This document shows positions 1 to 25,265 of a DNA stretch of 64,000 nucleotides, one piece after another. A program made the translations under genes and the position numbers. Under the pieces are notes generated by a model. The model was not told where the DNA came from and ran no database searches. It worked only from the letters and a program-made list of their open reading frames with translations. Origin of the DNA: Pocillopora damicornis (Eukaryota); assembly GCF_003704095.1 (NCBI RefSeq), contig NW_020847569.1:558001-622000 (forward strand), in the 5' to 3' direction. Position 1 is the first letter of the stretch, and each line of letters begins with the position of its first letter.

Positions 1-38
1 TTGTACCATACGACTTTTTCCTTTTTCAAAACGCTCAG

Positions 39-934
39 TTCCGCCGTAGAGAGGTTAAAAGTCTGTGATGATGCTTTCCGCAAACAGCTCGAACAAGAAC
101 GACGGGCACACGAGCAACAGCTTCAGACACTGGCCAACGAAAAACAGCAGGAGGTAGAACGAGCTAATAACAGGGTAAGGAAAGAAAGTGAAAAATCTTG
201 TTGATCACCACAACGGTTGTACATCCGAGGCACGTCTTCTTGAATTAAATTATGATCGTTTCATCTTTCCTAAAAATATGGCGGTGTCCCATGAAAATCC
301 AGATAGGTCTCATTCCGTGGAAATCGAACGCTTGCGTGGAAGTGTCATGCACTTTTGACCCGGATGGCGCAAAAAACCGGGCTATGTTTAGAGCGGAGAA
401 AATCGGTCTGGTAGGGACGAACCCCATAGACTTTATTCTGATAATCTTTGTGGTCAGGGCCCATTGAGCGCCATTTCGCTGCGACAGGGCTTTTCAACAA
501 ACCGCTTTTTGAGCACTGCTTAAAAAAACCCGAATCGCTTTCATTCGTTTAAACATTGCGATCATTGCACAAATTCAATCAATTTAGTTTTTGGGCGCCT
601 TGTTGGGAAAAAAATAGTTTTGTTCCAGGAACAAATGCTCTCACCAAACATCATGTAATACAAAGCGAAGTATCGCCACGTCTTATTCAAACCACGTATT
701 GATATGTGAACCTTTTCCTTTAAACTGTATTACCACTATTTCAGTCTAGTGCCGAAAAAAAAGAAACGATAAGGTTGTGTTTTTCTCTTCCTTTTTTCGT
801 AGGTCGTGGAAGTGGAAGATGAGATGCGCATACTTCTACAAGAGAATGCGCTGACCAAGAAAACTTTAGAGAAACGTCTGCAGAAACTCACATCTGCTTT
901 CACTGAAATCCAACATGACTTAGCTAGAACGTGA
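39..934 (+). CDS. LRRCC1: Last two coding exons of leucine-rich repeat and coiled-coil domain-containing protein 1 (5' part outside window)
   Basis: Exons 39-174 and 803-934 (GT-AG) give ..VERLKVCDDAFRKQLEQERRAHEQQLQTLANEKQQEVERANNR|VVEVEDEMRILLQENALTKKTLEKRLQKLTSAFTEIQHDLART*, closely matching the vertebrate LRRCC1 C-terminus as I recall it (DDAFKRQ..LANEKQ..IEKEMRELL..EIQQDM). Confidence 0.8.
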
Positions 935-2965
935 ATGTGCTACAATACTTTCAACAAATTGTAAATGTTTTTCGTGAATATTTTCGAGAAAAACAGGTAT
1001 GTGAATTATGTATGTAATAAACGATAACATAAATATAACGGCAGTTTTATCAATGTTTCTTCTGGTTAGTAACGGGAAGTGACTGAAAATGATACGAGAA
1101 AGGAAAAGACGAGGATCCGTGACGGTCTCTGATCACGCAAAGGGCTTTCAAATGGCTGGCGCTCATCGTAATCAATTCGAGTTCATCTGAATTCGTAGTT
1201 CAGTCGTGGGTACCTTTTTTAACACACATTAAAGCTCAGCACTATTCGCGATACTCAAAGAAACTTCAAAATTAGAATTGGGCCTGCTAATTTGACCAAT
1301 ATCAGTTCGCAGATTAAACAATAGATATAATAGAGCTGAAATATAGTGTCACATTCCAAACTGTCTCATCGATCTATTGTTACATTTCGTACGTTTGTTA
1401 TTAGCAACCTCCCGTAAATGACCATCTCTCCTCTCCTCACTCCGTCACCCACGATCGAAAACCATTCTCGCGAGCGCCTAGTCTTAGTCACAGACCCGAT
1501 GGTGTCCTCTACGAGGACTTACAATGTATTTAAAATTGCTTCTTTTTTATTTCTTTACTCGAAGGAAATCCTAATGCTGTTCGTTTAAGTTCAAAGTGCT
1601 TTTTTCATTTGCTCAGGTGTAAACAAATCATAGCCCTCCACCCTTCCTAATAGAACACGACCTCCAAAGAAAATCCGTTTTAATCAAAGAGCATAGTCGC
1701 AACCATTAGGTAACATAAACCTCTCTACTTTTACAATATTTTTTTTCTCTCATATCTATTTTGAAAATTCAACCTAACAGGCCGTGCAAACGGAAGTTAA
1801 ATTCTTCATTTTATAGAGTATATAAAAAAAAAGGAAAATTTAATTCTTATTATTTTCGCTATTTCTTGATTCAAAATAATACCATGCGCGCTCAAGTAGA
1901 TTTATGTACTCAAAGGAACGAGTTGATACAAGTCTCGCTGCGGGACAACGAGCAATAGAATGAAATAAAATTGTTACAGTATTTTTCTACCCTCTGAAGG
2001 TTATTTCATTTTAGTATATTTACACCTTAATTTGACTATTCGATCATCAAACGTAATATAATCTATAACGTCTCGACCTGGTTGCAGATAATTCACTATC
2101 AATTGTCTTTTACCACTACAGAAATGGTAATATGCAAAGGGGCCGCGTTGGCTTGCCAACGATCTCGCATTTGGAAACTATTAACTTAGTTAGTCGAGAA
2201 GATCTCAGATAAGAAAACCGTTTTGTAAGCTCAATTCAGACCACGCGTGGTGTACCTGGCTCGGAGTCAACAGAGACCAACAAGGGGCCAGTGCACGGTC
2301 ACACGGTGGTTTTCAGGGATACGGCTATTTCTTTTCCTGAGCATCGTCTTTTTTTTCATTTTTTTTTGTGAGCATACAAATCTGCTCTTTTCTACTGACT
2401 TCTTCATTGAGAAAAGCTAGGAAACCTGGGACAAGCTCGACCATGTGATCTTGCTTGAATTTTCATTTCTCCATCTTAAAATGATTTATACTCATCTGTA
2501 TGTAACTATTTTGAGAAAGGCAAAGGAGCCGATGGAAGACTATAGTGCAGTCAAGTGGTCTGAATTGAGACAAGAAACAGTCGAAGATAAGAATACTATT
2601 CAATAAACCTTTAAGTAGCTGTTCATGTAGTAGTTTGATGTACGGATACCAAAAGTTAACACAAAATTTCAATCACTCCACGGAAGATTTTCAATGGTTA
2701 ACTATAGCCGTGGACATTTGCAGCCATTAACTAAGATTCCTATTTCGTATTGCTTGATCAACAACCATTCAACAGAACAAGGATTGGAAGCCCATATATG
2801 TTGTACCACAACCCCACTGACCATAGGCGAACCACCACGGGCTCAAATAATTAACGAAATCGAGGCTCCTTTCCATCTGCTACGCATTGGTTTGAACTGT
2901 GAATGTTTAACCCGTTCAATCAACACCAACGTTTTGCTCCATTCCTTGAGATAACGTTCCACTTG

Positions 2966-15945
<12,980 letters not shown>

Positions 15946-17046
15946 ACTGCAGCCAAATCGTTATGTGCTTCGCCATGATTTCACTAACATATTGGCAAAG
16001 TACACAGAACACTTACCGGAGGTTGGACGGTCACAAAACACAAATTAGCATTTCCCAACATGCATCGAAGACTAGAAAATCTTGGGAAACTGGGTCGAGT
16101 AAAGGATCGCAGACAGGTGTCTTCTCGTACGCTCTGAGAGAACGCCTAAAACACCCCTCTTGAAAAGAATGAGAAAATTAACAATTTCCGTGATTATTTC
16201 CAACGGCAATTGATTGATTTATGAGACGAAACGTTTCTCCTTTTTCTAAAAAATTGGTTTTCTCAAACAGAAATGCCACTACCCTTCATACCCTGTTTCT
16301 TCCTTCATAAAAACTTACACAACTTTTGTTTTTGTACAAAAAGTATCTTGAGCTTAGGTTACCTATGGTCTTCCAAAGGTAGGTGAGGAGTTGTAAGTGT
16401 AATTTGAAAGTTAAAAACCATCTTATCACACCTATAAGTTCATATGAAGTTAAAACTTTATTTTTCACTTATTTAAAATATCACCTCTAAATAATTACAT
16501 TATACACCTAAGGTGATTCATTAGCACTAATGTTATTTAAAAAATTCTTATTATTCGTTACAAAACCTCTCATAAGGCTTTTAAACTTGGATTATACTGC
16601 CATGCCTATGGTGACTTGGAAAGTGAATGAAAAAGTAGTTCTTTCTACGACCTAAATTCAGCTAGTAACAAAAAAATAACTTGAAGGTAAGACTTATTTT
16701 ATAATACTGATTTATACTTTTTTTTACCATAAAAATTAGCATATAAAAGCAACAACATTTAGAAACAAAAATTCCATTACCAATGAGAATTCAGAGTAAA
16801 AAAAATAAATTACCTGGTGCACAGAAAAATGCACAAGTAACCAATCACAACTGTCTTCCTTTGTGAATTTGATTGATTGAAAGACTGGTATAGCAAAGTG
16901 ATGAAAAACTGACCCAATCTGTGATTACTTTCCACTTTCAAATGAAAATTGCTCTAATACTAATGACTTAGGTAAAAGGGATGATGCAAGAAGTCAGTGT
17001 TTAAAACACATTTAAACCTAGCTGAGCCTTAGGAAAATTTGTCTTT

Positions 17047-18540
17047 TTACAGCTCCCAGGGAGCCCATACATTACCATGCAACTCTGGTAATGATGCTGG
17101 ATCTGGTTTTGGGTAACGCACTGGTACAGCTGTGGCATTGTATTCCTTAAGCCTGCGCATCAAATTATTCACCATCTCTGGATATACCTTTGACAGTTCA
17201 TTTCTTTCTTCTGGATCCTCTCTTATATTGAAAAGAAAGGTACTGTTTATATTATCAAAATAATTTGGTGCATACTCGATGGGATAAGAACTCTCTGGTG
17301 GTGGAAGCCAACTTCCATTCCCTGGACATCCTGTTAAAAGCTTCCAATCACCAACTCGTATGGCAGCTTGTCGACAGTGTTTATATGGCTCAAAGTGAGA
17401 GTCCCAGTAAGCATCAATGGGGTCGATATTGTGCAAGATTTCCTTCCTTGGTGAAGGTTCTCCATTACTCAATGTTTCCCACACATTGTAACCATCAAGA
17501 GGTAGATCCTCAACAGAACCTCCTGATAGATGGACAATTGTTGGAAACCAGTCAGTGACATGGATCAGTTCTGAATTTATCTGTCCAGGTTTTGCTAACA
17601 GTTTGCTGTGCACAAGACCTATACCCCTCATCCCGCCCTCCCATAGCGACCCTTTCCATCCTCGCAGAGGATAGTTGTTACCGGCTGCATATATCTGTCC
17701 ACCATTGTCTGTACTGAAGAAAAGGACGGTGTCATCCCACAGGCCATGTTTCTGTAGGGCCACTGTTATGTTGCCAATCCCTTCATCCATACAGGTAACC
17801 ATGCCTGCATACGTGCGGCGAGCAGGGTTTTTTATATCTTTGTATATCTCTGTGTACTGTTCAGGTACCTGTAAGGGTGAGTGAACAGCTTGATATGCGA
17901 CGAAAAGGAACAAAGGTGTTTCTGGATCGTGAGAAGAAATTATCTCAACTGCTTCATTTGTGAACAAGAATGTTGAATAGTTCCCGGCGACATCAGTAGC
18001 AACTTCTTCATTTCTCCGCATGTCGTACCCGTTCAGACCACTGTATCCTTTTGATGGATATCCAATGGGATCATCATGAGTATAGTAATCTTCTCCACCT
18101 GTCAAGTAACCGAAAAAAGAATCGAAACCCCTCTGAGTTGGAATGAACTCTCTCTTGTAGAATCCAATATGCCATTTTCCGATCATGTGTGTACTGTAGC
18201 CACTCTCTTTCAGCTTACTTGCGATCGTAGTGTCATTTTTAGGCAATGCATTCGCCTGAGAAGGCCAGATTATTCCGTGTTGTAGGCCGGTGTGAATTTG
18301 ATACCTGCCGGAAAAGAGCTGACTTCGAGTTGGCGTACAAATTGGTTGCACGTAATAGTTCTCCAAGCGCACTCCATTGGTTGCCAAACTGTCGAGAAAG
18401 GGAGTTTTTATGCGTGGATTGTGGTAACCGATATCATTAAAGCCATAATCATCGGCCAGAATGAACACTATGTGCGGTGGTTTTCCAGAAGCAATTTGCA
18501 AGCCAAACAGGAAAACTAATATCACGAGACCCTCCTCCAT
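17047..18540 (-). CDS. ARSB: Arylsulfatase B/I/J-like sulfatase, single coding exon, signal peptide
   Basis: 497-aa ORF with hydrophobic N-terminus, PHIVFILADD, formylglycine motif CTPTRSQLFSGRY, GYSTHMIGKWHIG, STDNGG, PLRGWKGSLWEGG and C-terminal LFNIREDPEER..WAPW. Which of ARSB/ARSI/ARSJ it is orthologous to cannot be settled by eye. Confidence 0.9.
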   Translation of the reverse strand: MEEGLVILVFLFGLQIASGKPPHIVFILADDYGFNDIGYHNPRIKTPFLDSLATNGVRLENYYVQPICTPTRSQLFSGRYQIHTGLQHGIIWPSQANALPKNDTTIASKLKESGYSTHMIGKWHIGFYKREFIPTQRGFDSFFGYLTGGEDYYTHDDPIGYPSKGYSGLNGYDMRRNEEVATDVAGNYSTFLFTNEAVEIISSHDPETPLFLFVAYQAVHSPLQVPEQYTEIYKDIKNPARRTYAGMVTCMDEGIGNITVALQKHGLWDDTVLFFSTDNGGQIYAAGNNYPLRGWKGSLWEGGMRGIGLVHSKLLAKPGQINSELIHVTDWFPTIVHLSGGSVEDLPLDGYNVWETLSNGEPSPRKEILHNIDPIDAYWDSHFEPYKHCRQAAIRVGDWKLLTGCPGNGSWLPPPESSYPIEYAPNYFDNINSTFLFNIREDPEERNELSKVYPEMVNNLMRRLKEYNATAVPVRYPKPDPASLPELHGNVWAPWEL

Positions 18541-18620
18541 TTTGGATGGTTATATGAAGTATGTTGTGTAACAATCTTCAATTATCTTTTTCCTGGTGCA
18601 TGTCGGTAGACACTATAAAC
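18541..18620. promoter_or_regulatory. Bidirectional promoter / overlapping 5' region of ARSB-like and C20orf96
   Basis: Divergent start codons only 80 bp apart. Confidence 0.7.
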
Positions 18621-21600
18621 ATGGCGACCGCAGAAGGATTCAGGACACATCGTACAACTCGAAGCGATTCTCAAAAGAGCGGGCAAACCACGCTTTCCAG
18701 AGGATGGGGTAAGCAAGCAGCTCAGAGACTCGACACGAAGGACCAGTTCAAGAACGACCCCCTTCTTAAAACTTTGGAAGGAAAAATTGCCGTCAATTTT
18801 GGTGATTATAAACCATGGCAACGCACTACTCAGTCAAGATTTCAGAACGAAGGACAGACCAGGAGAAAAAGTGCCAGTCGTCCTTTGTCAGGGCAGACTG
18901 TGGTATCTCTTGGAAGTGCTCCTGGATTTTCACGAGAAAAAACAATAAAAATAGGACCACGGCCATTTAGTGCAGCTACGAGTACGGCTTGTTCCACGGT
19001 TTGCAATCACCCATGGACGAAAAAACCCCCAGTTGTTGACGATGCTGAGGAGAAGAAGAAGGAAAATGTGTTGTCTATATTAAAGGTATTTCCTGATAGG
19101 TGCAATGACCTGGTTACAAAATGTACTAAGCTTGAACATTACTCTAGGGCTAAGAGTGACAGTTTCAGTGCATGTAAAGTTGATGCTTAGCTGTAAGAAA
19201 GTCAAACAACAACAACAACAACAAAAACAACAGCAAAAACCACAACAAAAACAACAACAACAACAACAACAAAGTTAAGAACATTTGATCAATATCATCA
19301 ACATATTTCCATAAAGACTAGGTGAAGGTAGGACAGGAAACAAGTTTGCACTTGTTTTGCTCTAGTAGTTATTATTATAGCACAATTTACTATTAATTCA
19401 ACAACATCAATACAATAAAAAGAAGTTTCATCCTCTTTGCATATTTCCACACAGGGTGAAAAAGAGTGGGGTAGAACACAGGAGTCTTAGTTTTTTTCTT
19501 TTTTGAGATTTTTTGCTAGTTACAGTATCTCCCTTTGTTTGCCCTTATTTCTCTTTCACTCTGTTTTCCATCATGTTTATATCCTCAAATTTATTGACTC
19601 AACTCAAATAATTCCAGAGCAAACAGATTGCAAGAAAGACAAATAAATATATAAAAATAAAGACTTCATGTATAATAATATTTATTTCTCAATGGTGTGT
19701 GGTTTAGTAAAGGTAATCTAGATCTAAAATGTGATTCTTATGTTGTGCTTTGAGAGACACACAGTCTTTCTTTATTCACAAATATTAGATTTAATGGTAC
19801 TGGCAAACTTTCAAACAAACTTTACAGATTACAGTAGGCAGGTTAAAGACATACCTCTGGCTAATATCTCAGGGAAAGGTTACTAAAGAGTGCACTATTC
19901 TTTCTCCAGATTCAAATTAAAACAAGACAGAAATCAATAGCTGAGTATGAAAACAGAAAGAAAGACCTGTATCTTTTGAGGATTTTGATATTTTGTTTTG
20001 GTAAAACCTTCTTTGTTAGTATCATCTCTCTCTCTGAGTATCTTGTGTGCCCTTATTTTGGAGGGGTATTTATATCTTCATATGCAAGTAACAAGCAGTG
20101 GTGGAGTCTTGTCACTGGAGAGAACTAATCCTTTATGCCCTGACATGCATATTCTCCATATTTTTCTCTTTTTTTCTGAGGTGCTGACATAGAAATTTGG
20201 TTTGTATATAAAAGTAATGAGCTTATTTAGTTGGTAATCATTTCCTTTCTTTTTGTGACTGTAATTTGGGACTCAGAGGTCAATATTGTAAGGAGAAATT
20301 AAATGCTAGTCACTCTCAGGGATCAAAGGGTTGAATATTACTGCAGATATATGAACACCAGGGGTATGATGGGGAAACATGGTGGCCTTTCTGTTGATCT
20401 GCTCAACTCCAGATTGAAAGGTACTGGTCTAAGTCCCAGCTGAGGTAACTATCTTGTGCTCTTGTGTAAGACCCCCTTTCTTGTATTGTATGAACATGTG
20501 AGTGACCTCCTTAACTGTTTTACCAGACTTATTGAAAACATGAAGATCACTGATGAGATTGAATCATCGGAGAACAGGATTGTGAGTTAAACTGCAACTG
20601 TATCTTCTTACATTCTTGTTTTGCTACTTTTGTCATTACTCCTGATAGTATAGAAAATCATTTTTGCCTATCAAAAGGTTTAATCTCAACCAGAGCTTTT
20701 AATGTATAGCCTACTGTTATTTAATTTTTTTAGCATGGAGATGTGAAGTCTTTACTTAGGAAATATGAAAGATTCAGGGTAAGCTACATTTACCTGAAAT
20801 TTGATTTGAAATGTTTTAGTCAGGCTTTGGCTAGGAAGATTGTATGTAAAAGCTAGTTGATAGTAATCTTTACCATATAACATGTTGTATTTAATGCTAG
20901 TATAACTATTGGCTTAACATTTGAACTTCCATGAGTGACCAAGATCACTGGGACAAAATGTCTCTCTATCAAGCAGACAAGTAATGAGAATAAAGAAAAA
21001 TATCAATTATAGGATTATTACAGTAGTTGAACCAATACCCAATTCTCCAAACCAACATTATAAGAATTGTATGGTGGAAAGTAAGGAGAATTACTCATGG
21101 TTAAGATCTTGGAGATGAAAAAGTGAAGGAGTATCTGGAAAGCGTGATATATTAAATGTAAAACTTACCCAACAAAGTATTTTATAACATACCTAGTAAA
21201 TTTGTTTAATCAAATTCAATTGTGTGAGTGTGCTTCATATTCCTAAAAAAAATTTTCCATTAGGTTGAAAATGTTATAAAACAATTGGTTCATACACCAG
21301 CTGTGTGTTCATCGAGATATGAAGCACTTGGGAAGTTTGGAGAGCACGCAAGAAGTTAGAGTTGCTCTCAGCTACGCCTCGAGCAACTCTTATGCATCTT
21401 TCGTGCTCTCCAAATTTCCTGCGTGCTTCATATTTCGATGAATGCATGCTGATGTACATAACCAATTGTTAATTTAACAGCAACACCAACATACTTAAAA
21501 CCTAAAGAAAACTCTGTTTGCTTAGGTTGTTCTGTAGTTGTGGAACAAGTCTTTTCCTTTTTTTCAGCATTTGATTTGTAATTGAATGATTAAGTTATCA

Positions 21601-24408
21601 TTTCTTTGACAGGGTGCCATGTCAACTTTAAATAAGAAATTTGATAAAAACCTTGTTATAACAAAGAAGAAACTGGAAGAAACAAAAGAATTAGTCGACA
21701 AAGAAGTAGCAGGTACATTAAGTAAAACTATTACTTTCTCTACCTCAATGGTCTATGAAACATTTCTGTTGTGAGTGTGAAACTATTCTTGAGAATTATA
21801 AGCTATTGTTATCAATTAGTGAAGTTTGTTCAGCAAAAAGTTAGCCTCTAAAACTTTTTTCCTGAACTTCACAATTTACCTTGAGGGTGAAGTCATTCTA
21901 TGGACAGCACTACTGTATTCATCTCCCTAAGTGAGTTTCATTGTTTACTTTCATTTATTTATCATTTACCTGATTAGAGTTACAGCACCAACTGAATGTA
22001 ATGGACAAAAAGTTGCTAAAAAAGAGGGAAGAAATGAACATACTGTTAAACTATAAGGTAAGTTGAAAATATGAGGAAGTGAGGCACTGCAACAGAATGT
22101 AAGAGAAAGACTGAATGGTATTTCATACATGGAGGGTGTACCAGAGACCACAGGGTTTTGAATTGTGTTAAAAATTGAGGTGGCTGAAAGATGTTTTATT
22201 ACAAGAAAATCAAGGGTAGAGAGCTTTCTAAATTTTCCAATCATGGTTACTTAGTGAACAAGGCAGACTAAACTTATGAGAGTAAAAGGGAAGGGGGGTG
22301 GGGTGGAGAGAATGAAAGAGATTCCTCCCAATGTGAAGTTGTTGTCTTAATTGTTGAGGGTTCAAATTCATGGACTTCTTCCTGATGGGAATGCACAGCA
22401 CCAGGGGCTTTAACCACACTCAAGCTCACAATGTTTTTGATATGTTGGTTTGCAGTCCTTTTCAGAGTCACCTTTACCTTGACAATCACACTACACTATT
22501 GAATCCCCATATTGTTAAACTTAGTATTGTGAAATGTTATGGAAATTGAAATCTTGGTTATGCTTTTTATTTGTTGTTTTCTTTGTGTATCTTATGTTAG
22601 GATAAAGAATATCCTGCAAAGGCACTCCAAATAGCCAAACTGAAAAGACAAAGGGAAATTTTAGAGTCAACATTTAAGGTTAGCATTGGTTCCTTACGAG
22701 ACCTTCAACATCTTGTTATACTTTATTATATGATATCAGAAGTAATAATTTTTACAAAATGTGTACCCAGAGAATTAGAGCCACTCATTGTAGTTAGGCC
22801 ATTGAATTACTGGTTCATTTGACAAACATCTTCTAAACTGCTAGTAGGATTTGGAGGTAGACTTAATGGTTTTGTGCTATGATGGAGTGAGGTGTTAAAT
22901 TTTAATCTTGGTTACTGAAAAGAATGATGTTTCCAGTTAGTAATACAATCATTCTCAAAACAAGAGAAATTCTGATGTATTTAGTGCTGGTAAAAATAAT
23001 TATTTTAAATAGATTTATGGACTACAGTGACATTCACTTTGAGCTTTAAATGTTTTTTTTTTCTCATGACTTTTCTTGATTTCATTTTACCAGGAGGAAC
23101 TAGAAGAATTACAAGTTGTGGTTGATGCAGAGAGAGATAAATTCAGTCAACAAAGAATAACTGTCCAACAAGAAATAACGACACAAGTAACAGAGGTACA
23201 TTTATACAAGAAATTCACTGTTCAGCATTACTGGCTAAGTATCAAGGAGACTGGTGATGAGGATTCTCTGGGGGGTGGTGGGGTAGGTTAAGAGTAGGTG
23301 ACAACAGAAAAAACTGACAGTAGAAGTTTTGTAAAGAGTTGCCTCTTGTTGCATGGTGTTTGCAGGGTATCATAGTTTTATTTTATTGTTTTATTGTGCT
23401 TTTGTTTTTTTTTTTTCAATCATGATTTTTGTTTTTGCATATTTTTCAAGCCAATGGCAAATTTAAAGGCTTAAGGAGCAATGGATTGGTCATGAAAGAC
23501 CTTGACAACATGTACATATGTATCTGCAAAGTGAAAATAGTTGATCGTCAGACTTTTGCATATGAAAAAAGCATATGAGCCCTGTAACAGTCTTTAATAT
23601 GCTCTTTCATGTTAGGATACAATAAATGCTATGGGAGATGATATTAAAGAAATGGCTTTACAAAATATGATCATGAAAAAGGTAACTTACTTATGGCTTT
23701 ACTTGTTTGATTTTTACTGAATTTAATTAAAATGCTTCCACTTATGTTGATTTTGTGTTCTTTATCTTAAAGGAAGTTGAAATGCATAAAGATGAGCTAA
23801 AATCCCTGGAAATGAACAATGCAAAGTTGGAAGCTGAAATTAGGTAGGAAACCTATTCCACATGACCCTTAGCCTGTTCTGGTGATAATGTGTTGAAAAG
23901 TGAACTGGACATCTCTTGCAATTTCATTTTGCTGACAGAATTTCATGTATTTGCTATCCCAACAGGAAACTCTTAGATAGTGAAGCCTTAGACACACAAG
24001 CTGAGATATTCCCAGAAGTGTTTGGAAAACGGGAGAAGTTAGTAATTTCTGTGAAGTATCTTTTGTTAACCCTTCATTCTGTTCAGGAGCTTTCAATCAT
24101 TTAAAATTGAAGGCAGTTTTATACCCAAATGGCTTGGTCTAAAAGACTTTTATATTAGGCATAATAACAATGATTATGAGAATAATGATGATGATGATGA
24201 TCATAATGACAATAACAAATATGAAGGTGCCATCCAAAGTCTAAGTGGTTCTAACTAACTTCCTTTAATTGATATTTTTATTTTGTCTCTTTGACCATAC
24301 CCATGGGTGCTGTTGTAAAGTAATGATTTATTTTCATTTTTCTCCAGGTGCACACCAGATATGGAGCTTCATCTTGATATACCAACCCATGACTGGCTTC
24401 CAATATGA
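18621..24408 (+). CDS. C20orf96: C20orf96-like coiled-coil protein, 12 exons
   Basis: Exons about 18621-19085, 19910-19968, 20527-20581, 20734-20778, 21613-21712, ~21976-22057, 22601-22678, 23094-23195, 23616-23681, 23772-23842, 23966-24035, 24348-24408. Contains YKDKEYPAKALQIAKL and ends KCTPDMELHLDIPTHDWLPI*, resembling human C20orf96 (YMDHEY..; KCTPDMDVILNIP..PLPF). Confidence 0.8.
19203..19272 (+). repeat. Imperfect (CAA)n microsatellite
   Basis: caacaacaacaac.. run in intron 1 of C20orf96. Confidence 0.9.
19969..20526 (+). other. Minor-spliceosome (U12-type, GT-AG) intron in C20orf96
   Basis: 5' site GTATCTTTT, branch point TCCTTAAC at 20508-20515, 11 nt before the end of the acceptor, no long polypyrimidine tract; splicing keeps the frame (GAC CT|A CTT). 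Confidence 0.8.
21280..21470. mobile_element. Fold-back (near-palindromic) element in C20orf96 intron 4
   Basis: Arms of about 88 bp (aacaattggtt..ttcatcgagatatgaagcac..ggagagcacg..agagttgctc and its imperfect reverse complement) around a 13-nt loop. Confidence 0.8.
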
Positions 24409-25265
24409 CATCTCTTAGAGATTACTTTCTCCACAGATGAATCAGAATCTGATTTTAATGTTTGTGTCTTCAGTATGACAAATGTGTAAAGAAAGTTTAA
24501 ACATTCAGTACAAAGTAACTTTTACTTTTTTGTTGTAAACATGTTCACAACTTGACCCCTCCACTTTTGTTGCTGCAAAACCCTTTGCTACTCATCAAAC
24601 TTTCAATGCAATGCTTTACATCAGATTTCTTTTAGTCCTCCTCTGGTATTTTGGCATGTTTCTTCTCACCATTTTACTGAATTACTCTCAAGAATAGAGA
24701 TGTGTTATGTATTTAAAAGGAAACTTCAAGCAAAGCTGATGTTAAGATTTTGTGCTAATGAAAACTGTTGAATTATCTGCAAAAAATAGAAGTGATCATT
24801 TTCTAAATTAACTGAACAAGAGGTGTCCATTGTGATACATTAATGCATTTTCCCTTCATATTTTAAGTTTTTTATGACTGCGTGCAAGAAATTTACTAAG
24901 TGTATCTAAACTGATATGAGAGTCTTGATTGTCAAATTTTGATTTTGGAAACTCAAAATTTTATTTTAATGTGGAATATAGGTAATGGAAAACTTGAAGT
25001 AATTCTTAGCGAAATGGCGGTGGTGTTTGGAAAATGGTCGAATGCCCGTGCATCTCTGGAAAAACTGCGTGATAAAACGCACGGGGAAAGCAAGGGGCCT
25101 TAAACTGTCGCATACACCCCAAAAGAACCTGAAATGGTAATCCGTTGTTCGTTTGTTTTTATATGACGTACCTTTCTATCACTACCCACATCTCATTGCG
25201 TGCTACGGATGAACATTTAGCATTCCGCCATCTTGCCGGATTTCGATTCACGGATCTTTCTTATC

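Noticed and set aside
245-467. Short overlapping ORFs in the LRRCC1 intron
   Set aside because: No recognisable domain or splice support; probably a repeat remnant.
17265-18519. Plus-strand ORFs over the sulfatase, and similar antisense ORFs over the NLR, GPCRs, DECR1 and cGLR
   Set aside because: Shadow frames of real coding sequence, with no recognisable motifs.
18561-19190. Standalone 209-aa protein
   Set aside because: It is exon 1 of C20orf96 read through its donor at 19086; the ATG at 18621 has the better context.
20375-20480. tRNA gene
   Set aside because: Only a degenerate tRNA-like SINE head; no convincing cloverleaf.
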